A stretch of DNA of 64,000 nt from Bugula neritina. Taxonomy: Eukaryota > Animalia > Bryozoa. The notes beneath the pieces were generated by a model. It ran no database searches. It was not told where the DNA came from and worked only from the letters and a program-made list of their open reading frames with translations. Position numbers and translations under genes: made by a program. The DNA is taken from positions 9,372,581 to 9,436,580 of the forward strand of contig OZ037767.1 of NCBI GenBank assembly GCA_964035545.1, read 5' to 3'. Shown piece after piece: positions 12,801 through 23,700 of this stretch; the stretch's first letter is position 1; every line of letters begins with the position of its first letter.

Positions 12801-15800
12801 TACTCCTACTGTCCTAGTGATAGAATAAATATTAATAAATTGATAACTACAAATAATCCTGGCAACAATTCTAAGTTAGTAGCGTAAATGATTGTTTTGA
12901 GTATAATTACCTGTATTGATGTGATTTTCAAGCTTGAACGCTAAAGATAAAGATTTAGTTCAGTATTTATCACCAAAGGGCAAAACAGCTCAATAACTGA
13001 AAAAAGTTAACTTTGGATGGAGCATGATGAAAAACTAAAACCAGCCTTCGATTTTTAATACGATGCTTCTGACAATACGAAGAAAGAGGTGTAAGCTGAA
13101 TTCATTCGATGAAAAAATAGATTTGCAAGATCTCACGCTATAAAAATGACTAAAATTATCTTCTTTCTTTATTTGATAACTTCGCAATTTTTTCATCATT
13201 TAGAAAATTGAATGCCTTAGTTACCAACTTTAAATGCAATTTTAGAGCTGAAGGAATCATCAAATGCTTACGAAAGTATGATTTTTGAAATCCTTGGATT
13301 TTTTTGTATTAGAAAAGTTTAAAATCTAAAAATTGGAAATTAATTTCAAATTTAAGTATTTCAAAATTAAACCTTCATTTACTACACTTTATAAACGCCG
13401 CCACATCTCCGGTTTTGTCGCGACTGGTCACATATTATAGTAAGCATATCTACATATTATAGTAAGCATATCTACATATTATAGTAAGCATATCTACATA
13501 TTATAGTAAGCATATCTACATATTATAGTAAGCATATCTATATATTATAGTAAGCATATCTACATATTATAGTAAGCATATTTTTATATTATAGTAAGCA
13601 TATCTTTATATTATAGTAAGCATATCTACATATATAAAATAAACATAGCTACATATTACAACAAGCATTTTCATATAACATACCAAGCATATCTATTTTA
13701 TATTATACTCAGTGTAACCTTAACAATGGAAAAGTGTTATATAGTTGAGAGAGTGTTATATAGTTGAGAGAGTGTTATATAGTTGAGAGAGTGTTATATA
13801 GTTGAGAGAGTGTTATATAGTTGAGAGAGTGGTATATAGTTGAGAGTGTTATATAGCTGAGAGAGTGTTATATAGTTGAGATAGTGTTATATAGTTGAGA
13901 GAGTGTTATATAGTTGAGAGAGTGTTATATAGTTGAGAGTGTTATATAGTTGAGAGGAGTGTTATATAGCTGAGAGATTGGTGACATATGAGAGAGACCT
14001 CAACTGATTGGTGTAAGATGTAGTTGCTTTGAATTGCAGAAGCAGTGTTTACAAGTATGTAGATTAGAAATGCCCAGAATTGCATGTTACTGAGATAGGG
14101 ATACTATTTATATTTACAATGGTATTCAACTTTGTATACAGTGTCCCTGTTGGCCCCTGTGTGCTCAGCATAATGCACCACAAAGTTGTTTGAATATCAG
14201 TTTAAATTAATCAACTGCATACATTGCCTTTCTCCAATAAAATTATCACACTAAGTTATGATACCGAAATTGAGATACAGAAGTTGCGATACCATACCTA
14301 ACTGCTCCAGCTCTTCCTGGATCCGCTTGTCCAGCTGGGCGACATTACTGACATTGAACTGCTTGACCAAGGCACTGGCACAGGGTTGTTCACCATTCTT
14401 GTCCTCTCCCACACTCTCTGGACAAATAATTTACATATATACACATATATACACACATACAGTATAAACAATGTATTGATGACAATAATATAACGATGAA
14501 ACAAACTGCAGTATGCTTTGGTCAGGGCAGAGAAAACAGCTCTAAATTGTACAGTTTCTTACAGTTTGAGGGAATTGCAAGACCACGGCATTAACTTTTA
14601 GCAATAAAAGAATTTAATAGAATAGACAACTTCTAAAAACTTAAATTAAAACAAGAATATTAGGAGTTGTCTTTTATTTTGAAAAACAACCTTGAAAAAG
14701 AGGACAAATCCCAATATTCATTACAATAACAAATTGCAGGCAAATATATAGAAATGTTGAATATAGTGTTTTACCTGCAGTAACATTAGCAATGGACGTA
14801 TGCATGCTGTCCTCGTCAACCGAGTTGATAACATTCTCTGATATTAGAGCTGACACCAGCCTTTGAGTGAGAGGACCAAATGGACACTCGTCAAAATCAC
14901 TTCTAAAGTCATAAGACCACAGGCAATATAAGCTACTTTCCCTTCATTACTCACTCTCAACATTTTCATTACAAATAATAGGATATATATACTGTGAGTT
15001 CTACAGCAGCTATACTGAAATATCAAACATCAACATAAAAAATTATATGTTCCTAGACTGATCAACATGCCATTACGATTTATTCATAATAAATGAATAT
15101 GTCTAATAATTGGGTGCGTTGGGTGAGTTGTTAGTTTACTAGTATTATCATAATAGTATGTTGACTATGCACTCGGACTATACTGCATATATCACATACT
15201 GTTGTAACAGACTACATACTCAGACTATACCGTAATACATGCCTGTCACTAGGACTATTGTTTCCACCAGTGGAGGCTTTGCTGGATGTCGCGTCATCAA
15301 CAGAAGAACAGGAAGTCTCTCCAGCACTATCCAGACGTCTTTTCTGTCCAGCAGACAGCAGCTTTCGCTTCTCATGGAACTTTGCACCTGTGCAAATAAA
15401 TGCAACTCTAACATATAAAGTGTGTGTGTGTCTGCGTGTGTGTTTGTGCGTGTGTGTATATGCAAGCTGTAATCAATGCAGTATACACAATGCCCTTACT
15501 GTCTTTTTTCTCTTGTTCTGTGTCTTCATGCATCCACTTCTGGGAGTAATGTTTGCCACGAGAAGGTATTTTATAATAATCGACATCATCGTCATGTGAC
15601 TTGAGTAATTCTTCTAAACTCTAAAAAGATACGACGCATTTTACTAAACACATATCAGCATGTCTACCAGCTAACATTGCTAGAGAAAATTTGTAAAAAT
15701 TATTCCTTAAGAAAATTTAATTAAAAACTTTGCACAAAATAAAATCTGTGTTTAAGCTTTCATTTACTATTGAGAAGATGATGAAAGAGCTATGCCGAAC

Positions 15801-18049
15801 AACATACAAAACAACTACCAGACACTAGCTAACCAGAAACAAAACGCTAGATTCACAATGTTGTTGGTTAGCTCAATCTTTGACAGGATTGTTTAAAGTT
15901 GAGATCAACAGAAAATAATAAGCTGACTGTCAACCATTCATGGCTCAGTGCCTCGACTAGCTACAGTGCTATTGCGCCATAGGCCCTGTCATTTTGTTTA
16001 TTTTTTCTCAATCAATTTTTTTCCCCGACTGCGACAAAATAAAAACAAACAAACAAACAAACAAACAAATGTCAAATTGACTTCTAATCACTATATGATG
16101 TGCTATTCAACCCAAAACACTGCGAACTATCGACATCAACTTCACTCTAAGTCATCTTACTGTACTATACTATATAATACTTTATGTTTTCAATAATTAT
16201 ATTTTCCAAATTCATTACTTTTCAATATATTTTGGCACAAACAATTTTTGGAATACAAGATGAACATGAATACAAGAGATAGTTTTTCAAGTTTCGAATA
16301 AAACTTGAGTGCATACAATATGCCGTGTTTCTTTTTGATAATAATACATGTTTCAAAATAATTAAACTAATATTACAGCATCCAGAGTATGCACTGAAAA
16401 AAATGGGAGGGCAACTCCAATAAATACAAATAAATTAAATAAACATACTGTTTGAAGGAGCACAAAATTTAACTTTTAAGGCATTACTGCAGGATTGTTC
16501 ATAATGTTTCACCTGCGATGTTCGGCGTCAACCTTTTCACTTGTTTGTAGTGATTACATTAGAAGAGTAAAATAACGCTGGAGCCACCAGAAGTGAGTTC
16601 AATTAAGACACATTTCTGCAGACATGGTCGACTAATCAATACTATAAGCAACTAATAATCATTCACAGTTGTGAAATGGCACTGAGCACATTGAGCATGT
16701 GATTTACAACAAACAGGTAATTACACCTACTTTCATATCATCATGAGTAATATCCGCACAGTAAGGTTCAACAATAGCCCAAAATTTCTCTGGTGCATCT
16801 GACTTGGGTTGCCTCCCCAACGCTTCCAGCCCTGGTGGCTTTGCCTATCAAACACTCAGTATATAAACATGTGCTTTTTTATACACGTGTACCATGCATA
16901 ATTATATATGATATATACATGTGTACAATGCAGAGTCATATATATGACATTCATTCAATATTAAACAGTTAAATTCCACAGACTTGAATAAAATAAAATA
17001 TTCTTCTTCAAAGTGTGAATATACAGACAGAAACTACAATTTAATCTATGAAGCATTAATGACAAGATTTGGACAAACGTGTTCTCTTAAAATATAAAAA
17101 TATTAAAATTATAACTTTGATTTAAATTTTTTCTGCTTTTCTAAGAAATTTTGGGGTGTAATAGCAAACAGGAGAAATAAGGGTAGTATTCATAGCAATA
17201 CTAAATAGCAAAACACTTTCCATGCACCTGTTTTTCCTGTTTATGTTTAGAGCGTGAAGGGGCAGGTGAGTTGGCCTCTGATCTGGTGGGCGTGTCTCTG
17301 AGATTTCTGGCCAATGGTTTTTCTGGAATTGGGGTGAGGCGATGTGACTTGCCGTCATGTGATTCATCTTCTAGCTGTGATAAACAATTTAATGATATTA
17401 GGTGCAGCTCTGATTGCAGCTAAACTATAACATAGTCACACCAACAGATATTCCTATAGAATACCATATCAAACTATAATAGTCACACCAACAGATATTC
17501 CTGTAGAATATCATATCAAACTATAATAGTCACAACAATAGATATTGCTATAGAATATCATATCAAACTATAATAGTCAAAACAATAGATATTGCTATAG
17601 AATATCATATCAAACTATAATAGTAATAACAATAGATATTGCTATAGAACACCATTAGTAACACTCACCATAGACTTTTCACATTTCCTCGAGTCCAGCC
17701 ATTCAGTCAGACTTTCAGTTTCCTGTGTGAGAGTGGCTATACGCTCGGTCACCGACGCCAGTAGCATATCAAAATCATCTTTCAGTGACTGCAGTTGGTC
17801 AACATTGAGAGTGGAAGCTTCTGTCTTCGTCTTTATTACTGGTGACAACATAGGCTTATGTATATATATACAAACAAACTGTTACTTGCATGTGTTGTAA
17901 CACCGAGTTTGATATAAGCTTCTATATGTTAATGAAAGTAAAAGCAGCTTACAAGTGTCGTAAGTTTTACAATGAGCAGCGTGGTCAACCAAAGAGAATT
18001 CTGGAAATGTGAGAGGACAGTCACCAAACTGACGTCTTCCTTTTGACAT
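5256..18049 (-). CDS. TADA3: Transcriptional adapter 3 (Ada3; SAGA/ATAC HAT-module subunit), 11 coding exons, ~458 aa
   Basis: Exons (minus): 17953-18049, 17669-17838, 17228-17374, 16731-16844, 15500-15620, 15243(or 15231)-15387, 14775-14902, 14298-14417, 8419-8542, 6934-7018, 5256-5381. Phases are consistent; all GT-AG except one possible GC donor. Ada3-type motifs: DCPLTFPEFSLVDH, SDAPEKFWAIVEPYCADIT, YYKIPSRGKHYSQKW, CPFGPLTQRLVSALISEN, DDEILAELKEKQQELRAV, RLAKEEM...EAYRRVQIGRQKKRPVPKREKD...ALKERE. Confidence 0.95.
6747..6805. repeat. (TA)n microsatellite
   Basis: Seen directly. Confidence 0.95.
7053..7381. mobile_element. MITE with ~70-bp terminal inverted repeats, TA-flanked
   Basis: The left end GGGCCACACGGTGCGTATTTTCGCATGCGAAAAT...AGGTGTCCACTGTA is the near-perfect reverse complement of the right end TACAGTGGACACCT...AAATACGCACCGTGTGGCCC. 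TA on both sides; no coding capacity. Confidence 0.9.
7484..7678. mobile_element. Tc1/mariner-type (CAGTG-ended) MITE, copy 1 of 3
   Basis: TA|CAGTGCTTCCTCCATATCTCAC ... GTGAGATATAAAGGGAGCACTG|TA; internal sequence matches the copies at 50748 and 53877. Confidence 0.8.
8762..8807. repeat. Poly-C/poly-G tract
   Basis: About 45 nt of near-pure C on the plus strand. Confidence 0.9.
10150..10317. repeat. 22-bp minisatellite (AAGCATATCTACATATTATAGT), left part
   Basis: About 7 tandem units ending at the transposon's left terminus. Confidence 0.9.
10318..13432. mobile_element. ~3.1-kb non-autonomous DNA transposon (TGTGACC termini, TA TSD) in TADA3 intron 8
   Basis: Left TGTGACCTGGCACCACAAAAC versus right-end reverse complement TGTGACCAGTCGCGACAAAAC. 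Removing the element and one TA restores a unit of the flanking 22-bp minisatellite. No intact transposase ORF; superfamily not assigned. Confidence 0.8.
13433..13700. repeat. 22-bp minisatellite (AAGCATATCTACATATTATAGT), right part
   Basis: The same unit resumes right after the transposon's right terminus and decays towards 13700. Confidence 0.9.
13733..13977. repeat. 19-bp minisatellite (ATAGTTGAGAGAGTGTTAT)
   Basis: About 13 tandem units seen directly. Confidence 0.9.
17420..17652. repeat. 47-bp minisatellite filling most of TADA3 intron 2
   Basis: AAACTATAA... recurs at 17422, 17471, 17518, 17565 and 17612. Confidence 0.9.
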
Positions 18050-18224
18050 GCTAACTTCTGTAATCAACAAGTCCATCTTGTTACTAAAACATACTTGCTG
18101 AACCGACAACTTAGATCTATCATAATGGCAAGGTATGGCAAGTTTTAAAAAGCCAAGGTATGATTAACAGGTCATTTTCTAATAATCAAAATTATTGAAA
18201 ATGATCATCTGAATAGAATAAAGA

Positions 18225-18600
18225 TATATGCAGACCCTTTGTGAGATCCAACATTAGCCAAAGACATTGAGTCCTTAGATATGATACAGCATAGGGCTGT
18301 TAGGTTGATTACTAGATTAAGGGAACGGAGAAAGTATCACTGAGGTACGCTCTCAGCTTGGCCTTCAGCCTCTTAAACAAAGGCACAAAAATCATAGACT
18401 AAACTTCTTATTAAAATCTTGAACGAAAAAGAACAGCACTCAGCACTTGCAATAGTACATGATGATATTACAAAATATGTTAATAAGCACTAGGCCTGCT
18501 TCTCGTGGTAAATTAACATCTGTATACACAAGCTCACTAGTTTGTCATGGTGATGGTAGTTTCCTACAAAAAAACCATTAGAGACACCAAAGAGAATGCA
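18225..18600 (+). mobile_element. Decayed CR1/L2-type LINE ORF2 3' fragment
   Basis: Translates as *DPTLAKDIESLDMIQHRAVRLITRLR, then after a frameshift SITEVRSQLGLQPLKQRHKNHRL. This resembles the WxPxxxKDIxxLExVQRRA...LxLxxLxxRR motif C-terminal to the RT domain of CR1-group LINEs. Confidence 0.7.
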
Positions 18601-20723
18601 GATTAAACAATTAGCACAACATCAACTTAACCTGTAGTCAAAAAAGTTCACACTGTAAAAGTTAACCAAATGAGGCACTCCTGGTCCTATAACTTATAAA
18701 TACAACTATAAGTCTAAGTTAAGTGTTCCTGAATTGTTGATATCTTAAACGGTTTTCAGCAATTCAAAGGTATTAGTTATTACTAATACTTATACTATAA
18801 CATAAGTATAACTATTACATTTACTATTAGTACTACTATATGTAATAGTAATACTAATACAAATATTTATATTTATTATTTTACTTCAAACTAGCAATAA
18901 TTACATTTAGAATAATAGTAATACTGATACTGATAGTGAAACTGAAAGTAATACTTATAGTTATACTAATACTAAGCCTAATAGTAATAGCAATACTAAT
19001 AGTTATGCTTATATACTATAGTTATGCTTAATTTTATACTTATACTTATAGTTATATATATAGTAATATAAAATATAAATGTTAAATTCATTAAGTTATT
19101 TGTCATTTTCATTTTGAGCTTATAGTTATACTATAGACTTACTTTTAGAGGATACTGTATAGACAATCACAATGTCAAACTCAATGACATGACACTGATT
19201 ACATTTTTTTTATTTCATAACTTATATTTATAATTATAATTATATTTATAACTAAAACTATTATTATAATCATAATGATAATCAATATCACACTCACAGG
19301 GAGTATCATAGACATATTTATAATATTAATAAATAATACTAATTAATATTATTAATAAAATTAAAAATAAATGTAATATTAATAATCATATTCATATTCT
19401 TATTCATAATCAATATGAATATCATAATCATAATGATAATCATAATGTTAAACTGATGCTTATTATTTTATATGCAAATATAGAAAACAAACTAAGCTAA
19501 AAACAACAATTGTTATTAATAGAAATTATTAAATATTTTATCTCATAATCATTTAATCATTCAATGCGATTGTAGTTCACCAATCGCTAAATACTAACAC
19601 TAATAGTAAATAAAAATAAAAATAATTTGAATGGTGTTAATCGAAAATAGTCTTTCATCGATAGAGAGGATAACTCTCATTAAACCAAAACTGCTATTAA
19701 CTTGTAATATTTTGCACAATTGTTTTCCAGTTATGAATGTACATGAGCCGTGGAATTGACTGAGGGCAAAATTCGTCTTTTTTCACCACAAGATACTCAG
19801 CAACAAATGCAAACATAGTTTTTCGCATGTATGTGTACATCGAGATGTAGAAAACCACCCAGATAAACTGTCAGATGTGTAAATCTTCAAAACCATTGCA
19901 GGTATTATGACCATCATTGAGAGCCTATGGTATTATCATACAATTTAGTGCGATTGCAATGGAAGTGGATTTAAAAAAATTGTATCCTAAAAGTGCGTGG
20001 TTAATCCGAATATACAAGTGAATCTATACTTGAGCATTTAATAAGCTATAGTATTGAGTTAGCCCAACCAACACTTGAAAATTATTAAATAACATCACAG
20101 GTTAGTAAACAAAACAATATTTTATTTTAATAGATGAATTGTGTTAATGTAAAACAAAATGATTCAAAATAAAGAATTCTCTCATTGGATTACTAATATA
20201 TCCACTACTTTATGTACACTATGATTGGACACTAATTTCCATAATAAAAGAATATCTGCTACAAATTATTCTAAATCCTCAGAGTTTTTCAAATACAACA
20301 CAATAAAGTAATAGAATGAGTTGAAAAACAACGAACAATGATTGAATAAAACCTCAACACATGGAAAGACGACATGGTGTTTGGTCCCAAACTAATTCTC
20401 CCAACTGCATTGGCTGAATTGTATACAATAATTATTTAATACTCGGCTAAATATTACAGGATCAAGTTAATAGCTAGTGTTACAAAGATATGCTGACCAC
20501 TAAACCAATATACATAAATAAATAGAGGAAAAACAAATGGACTTTTGAGCACAATAACTTGGGGGGTCAATACCTTACAATTTGTATAGAATTTGAAAAT
20601 CATTAATTGTAAACAAAATGATAGACTCAATTAGATTATTCTTGAAAAATATGCAGGAAGCGCTGATGAAAAAGTAACATTATTAAGTAAACAACGTTTA
20701 AGAAAAGAAAAACCAAAGGTAAT

Positions 20724-23700
20724 TCAATGCTCCATTTGTATCCAGCCACTGTGCTCTAAAAATGTCAATATAGTCCTACGGTGCGTTTTATCATGGCCTG
20801 GTGGATATCGCAGCTTCACTGGTGTGCCGTGTTGTCTTTTCAAATAGTCCTGCAAAACAAGATTTACATATTTCAGAAAAAGTAAATATCACTTGGAAAT
20901 ATTTGCATTGCAGATTGACTTGATTTATATCCTGGCGCATCCATTCAAGAAAGAATTTATTTTTGAAGATTAGACATTTCCAGGATATTCATTCATTACT
21001 GTCATATCATTGTTTATGTAGTGCCGACTGCTTTATTAATTAAGCATTTATACAAGTTATACCATGATGTGGAAATAAAATTTTTTAGTTGAAAGTTGGC
21101 TTACAGTGTGTCTTCAGCAGGTAAGTAAAACTGATGAGCAACAGGTGGCAAAACACAATTTTTAAAATAAACCATGTCATACCTTTAATATGCATGTCTT
21201 TATTGTCATATAGCTGTTTGCTTTCATCCCTATACTCTTGCACAACTTTTTCTCTGTTTCAGATAGCATATCCCGGTGATACCCATTGGCTGAGGCCGGT
21301 GATCGCAAGTTATGGGGAGACTTTTCTGCTAATATATCCTTGAATGTATCTGATTTTAGAAAGTTCGTATGATTTCTGGACCTGCAACATACAGTGACTT
21401 CACTACATTCACAATATCAATGTTGCAGTGAAGTAGAAATCATTAGCACGCTATAACTTCCTTTGTTTATATGTGCTAAGTATGCTAGGATTCTACTCTA
21501 TCTTCATTTCAGCCAGTAATCACTAAATCATGTCTAGTAAACTTCATGTCTAAGAATTTATAACTGCAAGAAGTACTTTTTATCTGGAGATGACTTTTCT
21601 TCTTTGATGCTTTTAGAATCGTTATGTAGATCGGAACTAGTATTTGAATATTGAGATCGTTTAGGTGTAGTGAGATGTAGCAAGGACGTGGTGACTTTGT
21701 TGGATGACCCCTCAACAGCACTGCAGTTGTTAGAAGCAGGCAGTGAGGGGGGTCCACGCCGGTCTTTCTTTGCCAAATCTTTAGACTTCTCGCGCCTGGA
21801 GAGTTCTTGCTCAAATTCTTCAGCATCTAAACAGAATAACGCCATGTATTTACCATCATTATACATTCTAAACAGGACACCGAGCTATTAAAATAACAGA
21901 TAATTAAAATAAGCATTTTAGAGTCTAAGAGAAAGTGTCCTGCACACAGGTGGCAAAGAAATTGCTACACTTGTATTACCTTGCAGAGTAGAAATGCCAT
22001 TTCTTCTATATTTCATTAATTCCTTAATTCTAGATTTAAGTTGCTTTTCTTCTGCAAAAATAAATATAATGTACTACAAGTGTGTGGCCAATATTGACAG
22101 TAAGTTTATGCTACCAGTCACAGTACCTTAAGCTACTGGATATCTTCAGCTAATGCAAACCAAGCGAAGAATAAACCTTCACTTGTATGTAGCTCAGACA
22201 ACACACAATGCACTGAAAAACACTACCAACTACTCACTTTTTATACTATTATGGAACTTTTCTTGCTCATGTAGGGTCATAAATTGGGAAAACTTTTTCA
22301 TTTTCTCTTGAAACTCTTTATAATCTTTTGCTCCCTTCCGTTTGGCACTAGTCTGACCTTTCTTAAACGACGCTGCATATGCATTCACCAGATTATAATC
22401 TCTCGCCACCTTCTTCCGTAGCTGTCGCTCTCTCAGCCGTAACCTTTAGAAATGCAGTTTATAATAAAGCATGCTCTCTTTATATATAATAAATACATGA
22501 TATTTTGTGTGTGTGTAAATTTAATGCTGCACACAGCCAGCTAGGAGTAATAGATGGGTGATGGAGTGGTGAGGAATGAACAATAAATAAGTGAGTGCTA
22601 GATAGAAGGAGTGAGGATGTAATTCAACATACCCTGCATAACAAGTATGTAACTGTACGAGAGGGCACTGTGCTTACAGCCCTCCCACCTGCATTAGGAC
22701 TGCTAACATACCGGTACATGCTGACCAGGGACAATTTATATGCCATGTCCACTTCTTCGTCTGTGTGGTGAATAATTGCACTGGAAAGAACTGATTCGGC
22801 ATCGTTATCCCATTCACGTTCAAAATCATCCCGGAGAGGTAGAAAGCCGAGTTCCCGCGCTTCTGGTACAGAGAGGTTTAGAGGAGGTAGTGGTGCCATT
22901 AATGTTGGACTGAGAGGACCTTCAACAGGCCCCGTGTGGTCTGTAACCTTGTATTTCCTAGATCTCACTCTAGTACTACTGCCAATGTTACCAGACACAT
23001 AGTGCCTGTTATAATGATCTTTCACTTCTACAACATTAAAGATCACAGTTAATGTAGACTTCTACTTTGCAGCGCTTCTAAACATGAACACCCCCCTCCC
23101 CCCAAGTCAAAGCATTGTTATGACAGCATAGCAATAGCATTAAGCTTGATAAAATATCATTTTTTAGGTTTACTAGAGTTTAAACAGCAAGACCAATGGT
23201 GTTGGAATCCAATTTTTATTCTCAGCAAGTCAAATTGAATATGAAAAGCCTGTTAGCTAGGTTGGTAATCTAAGCCACTCTTGACTAGTACAGAGTACAG
23301 ACCACTTATAAATGATGAGATTAAATTCCACACGGAAACACTAACTTATGGGGGAACTAATGGCACATGAAGCACGAAATTATGCTGAAGCAAAATCGTT
23401 TTGACAGCTAAATTGTAGCAGGTGAAAGTTTTATATTCAAATTCTAATAGAGTAGCTAGTAGTCTAGTAGAGTACTCTGTATACAGTAGAGTAGTTAGTA
23501 GAGTACTCTGTATACAGTAGTGTAGTTAGTAGAATACTCTGTATACAGTAGAGTAGTTAGTAGAGTACTCTGTATACAGTAGTGTAGTCTAGTAGAGTAA
23601 TCTGTATACAGTAGTGTAGTTAGTAGAGTACTCTGTATACAGTAGTGTAGTTAGTAGAGTACTCTGTATACAGTAGTGTAGTTAGTAGAGTACTCTGTAT

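Noticed and set aside
17122-17367. ORF-track translations at 17122-17367, 14298-14504, 15220-15465 and 24534-24758 as the true exon peptides
   Set aside because: They are off-frame; splice phases and conserved motifs place the real TADA3/TADA2B peptides in other frames.
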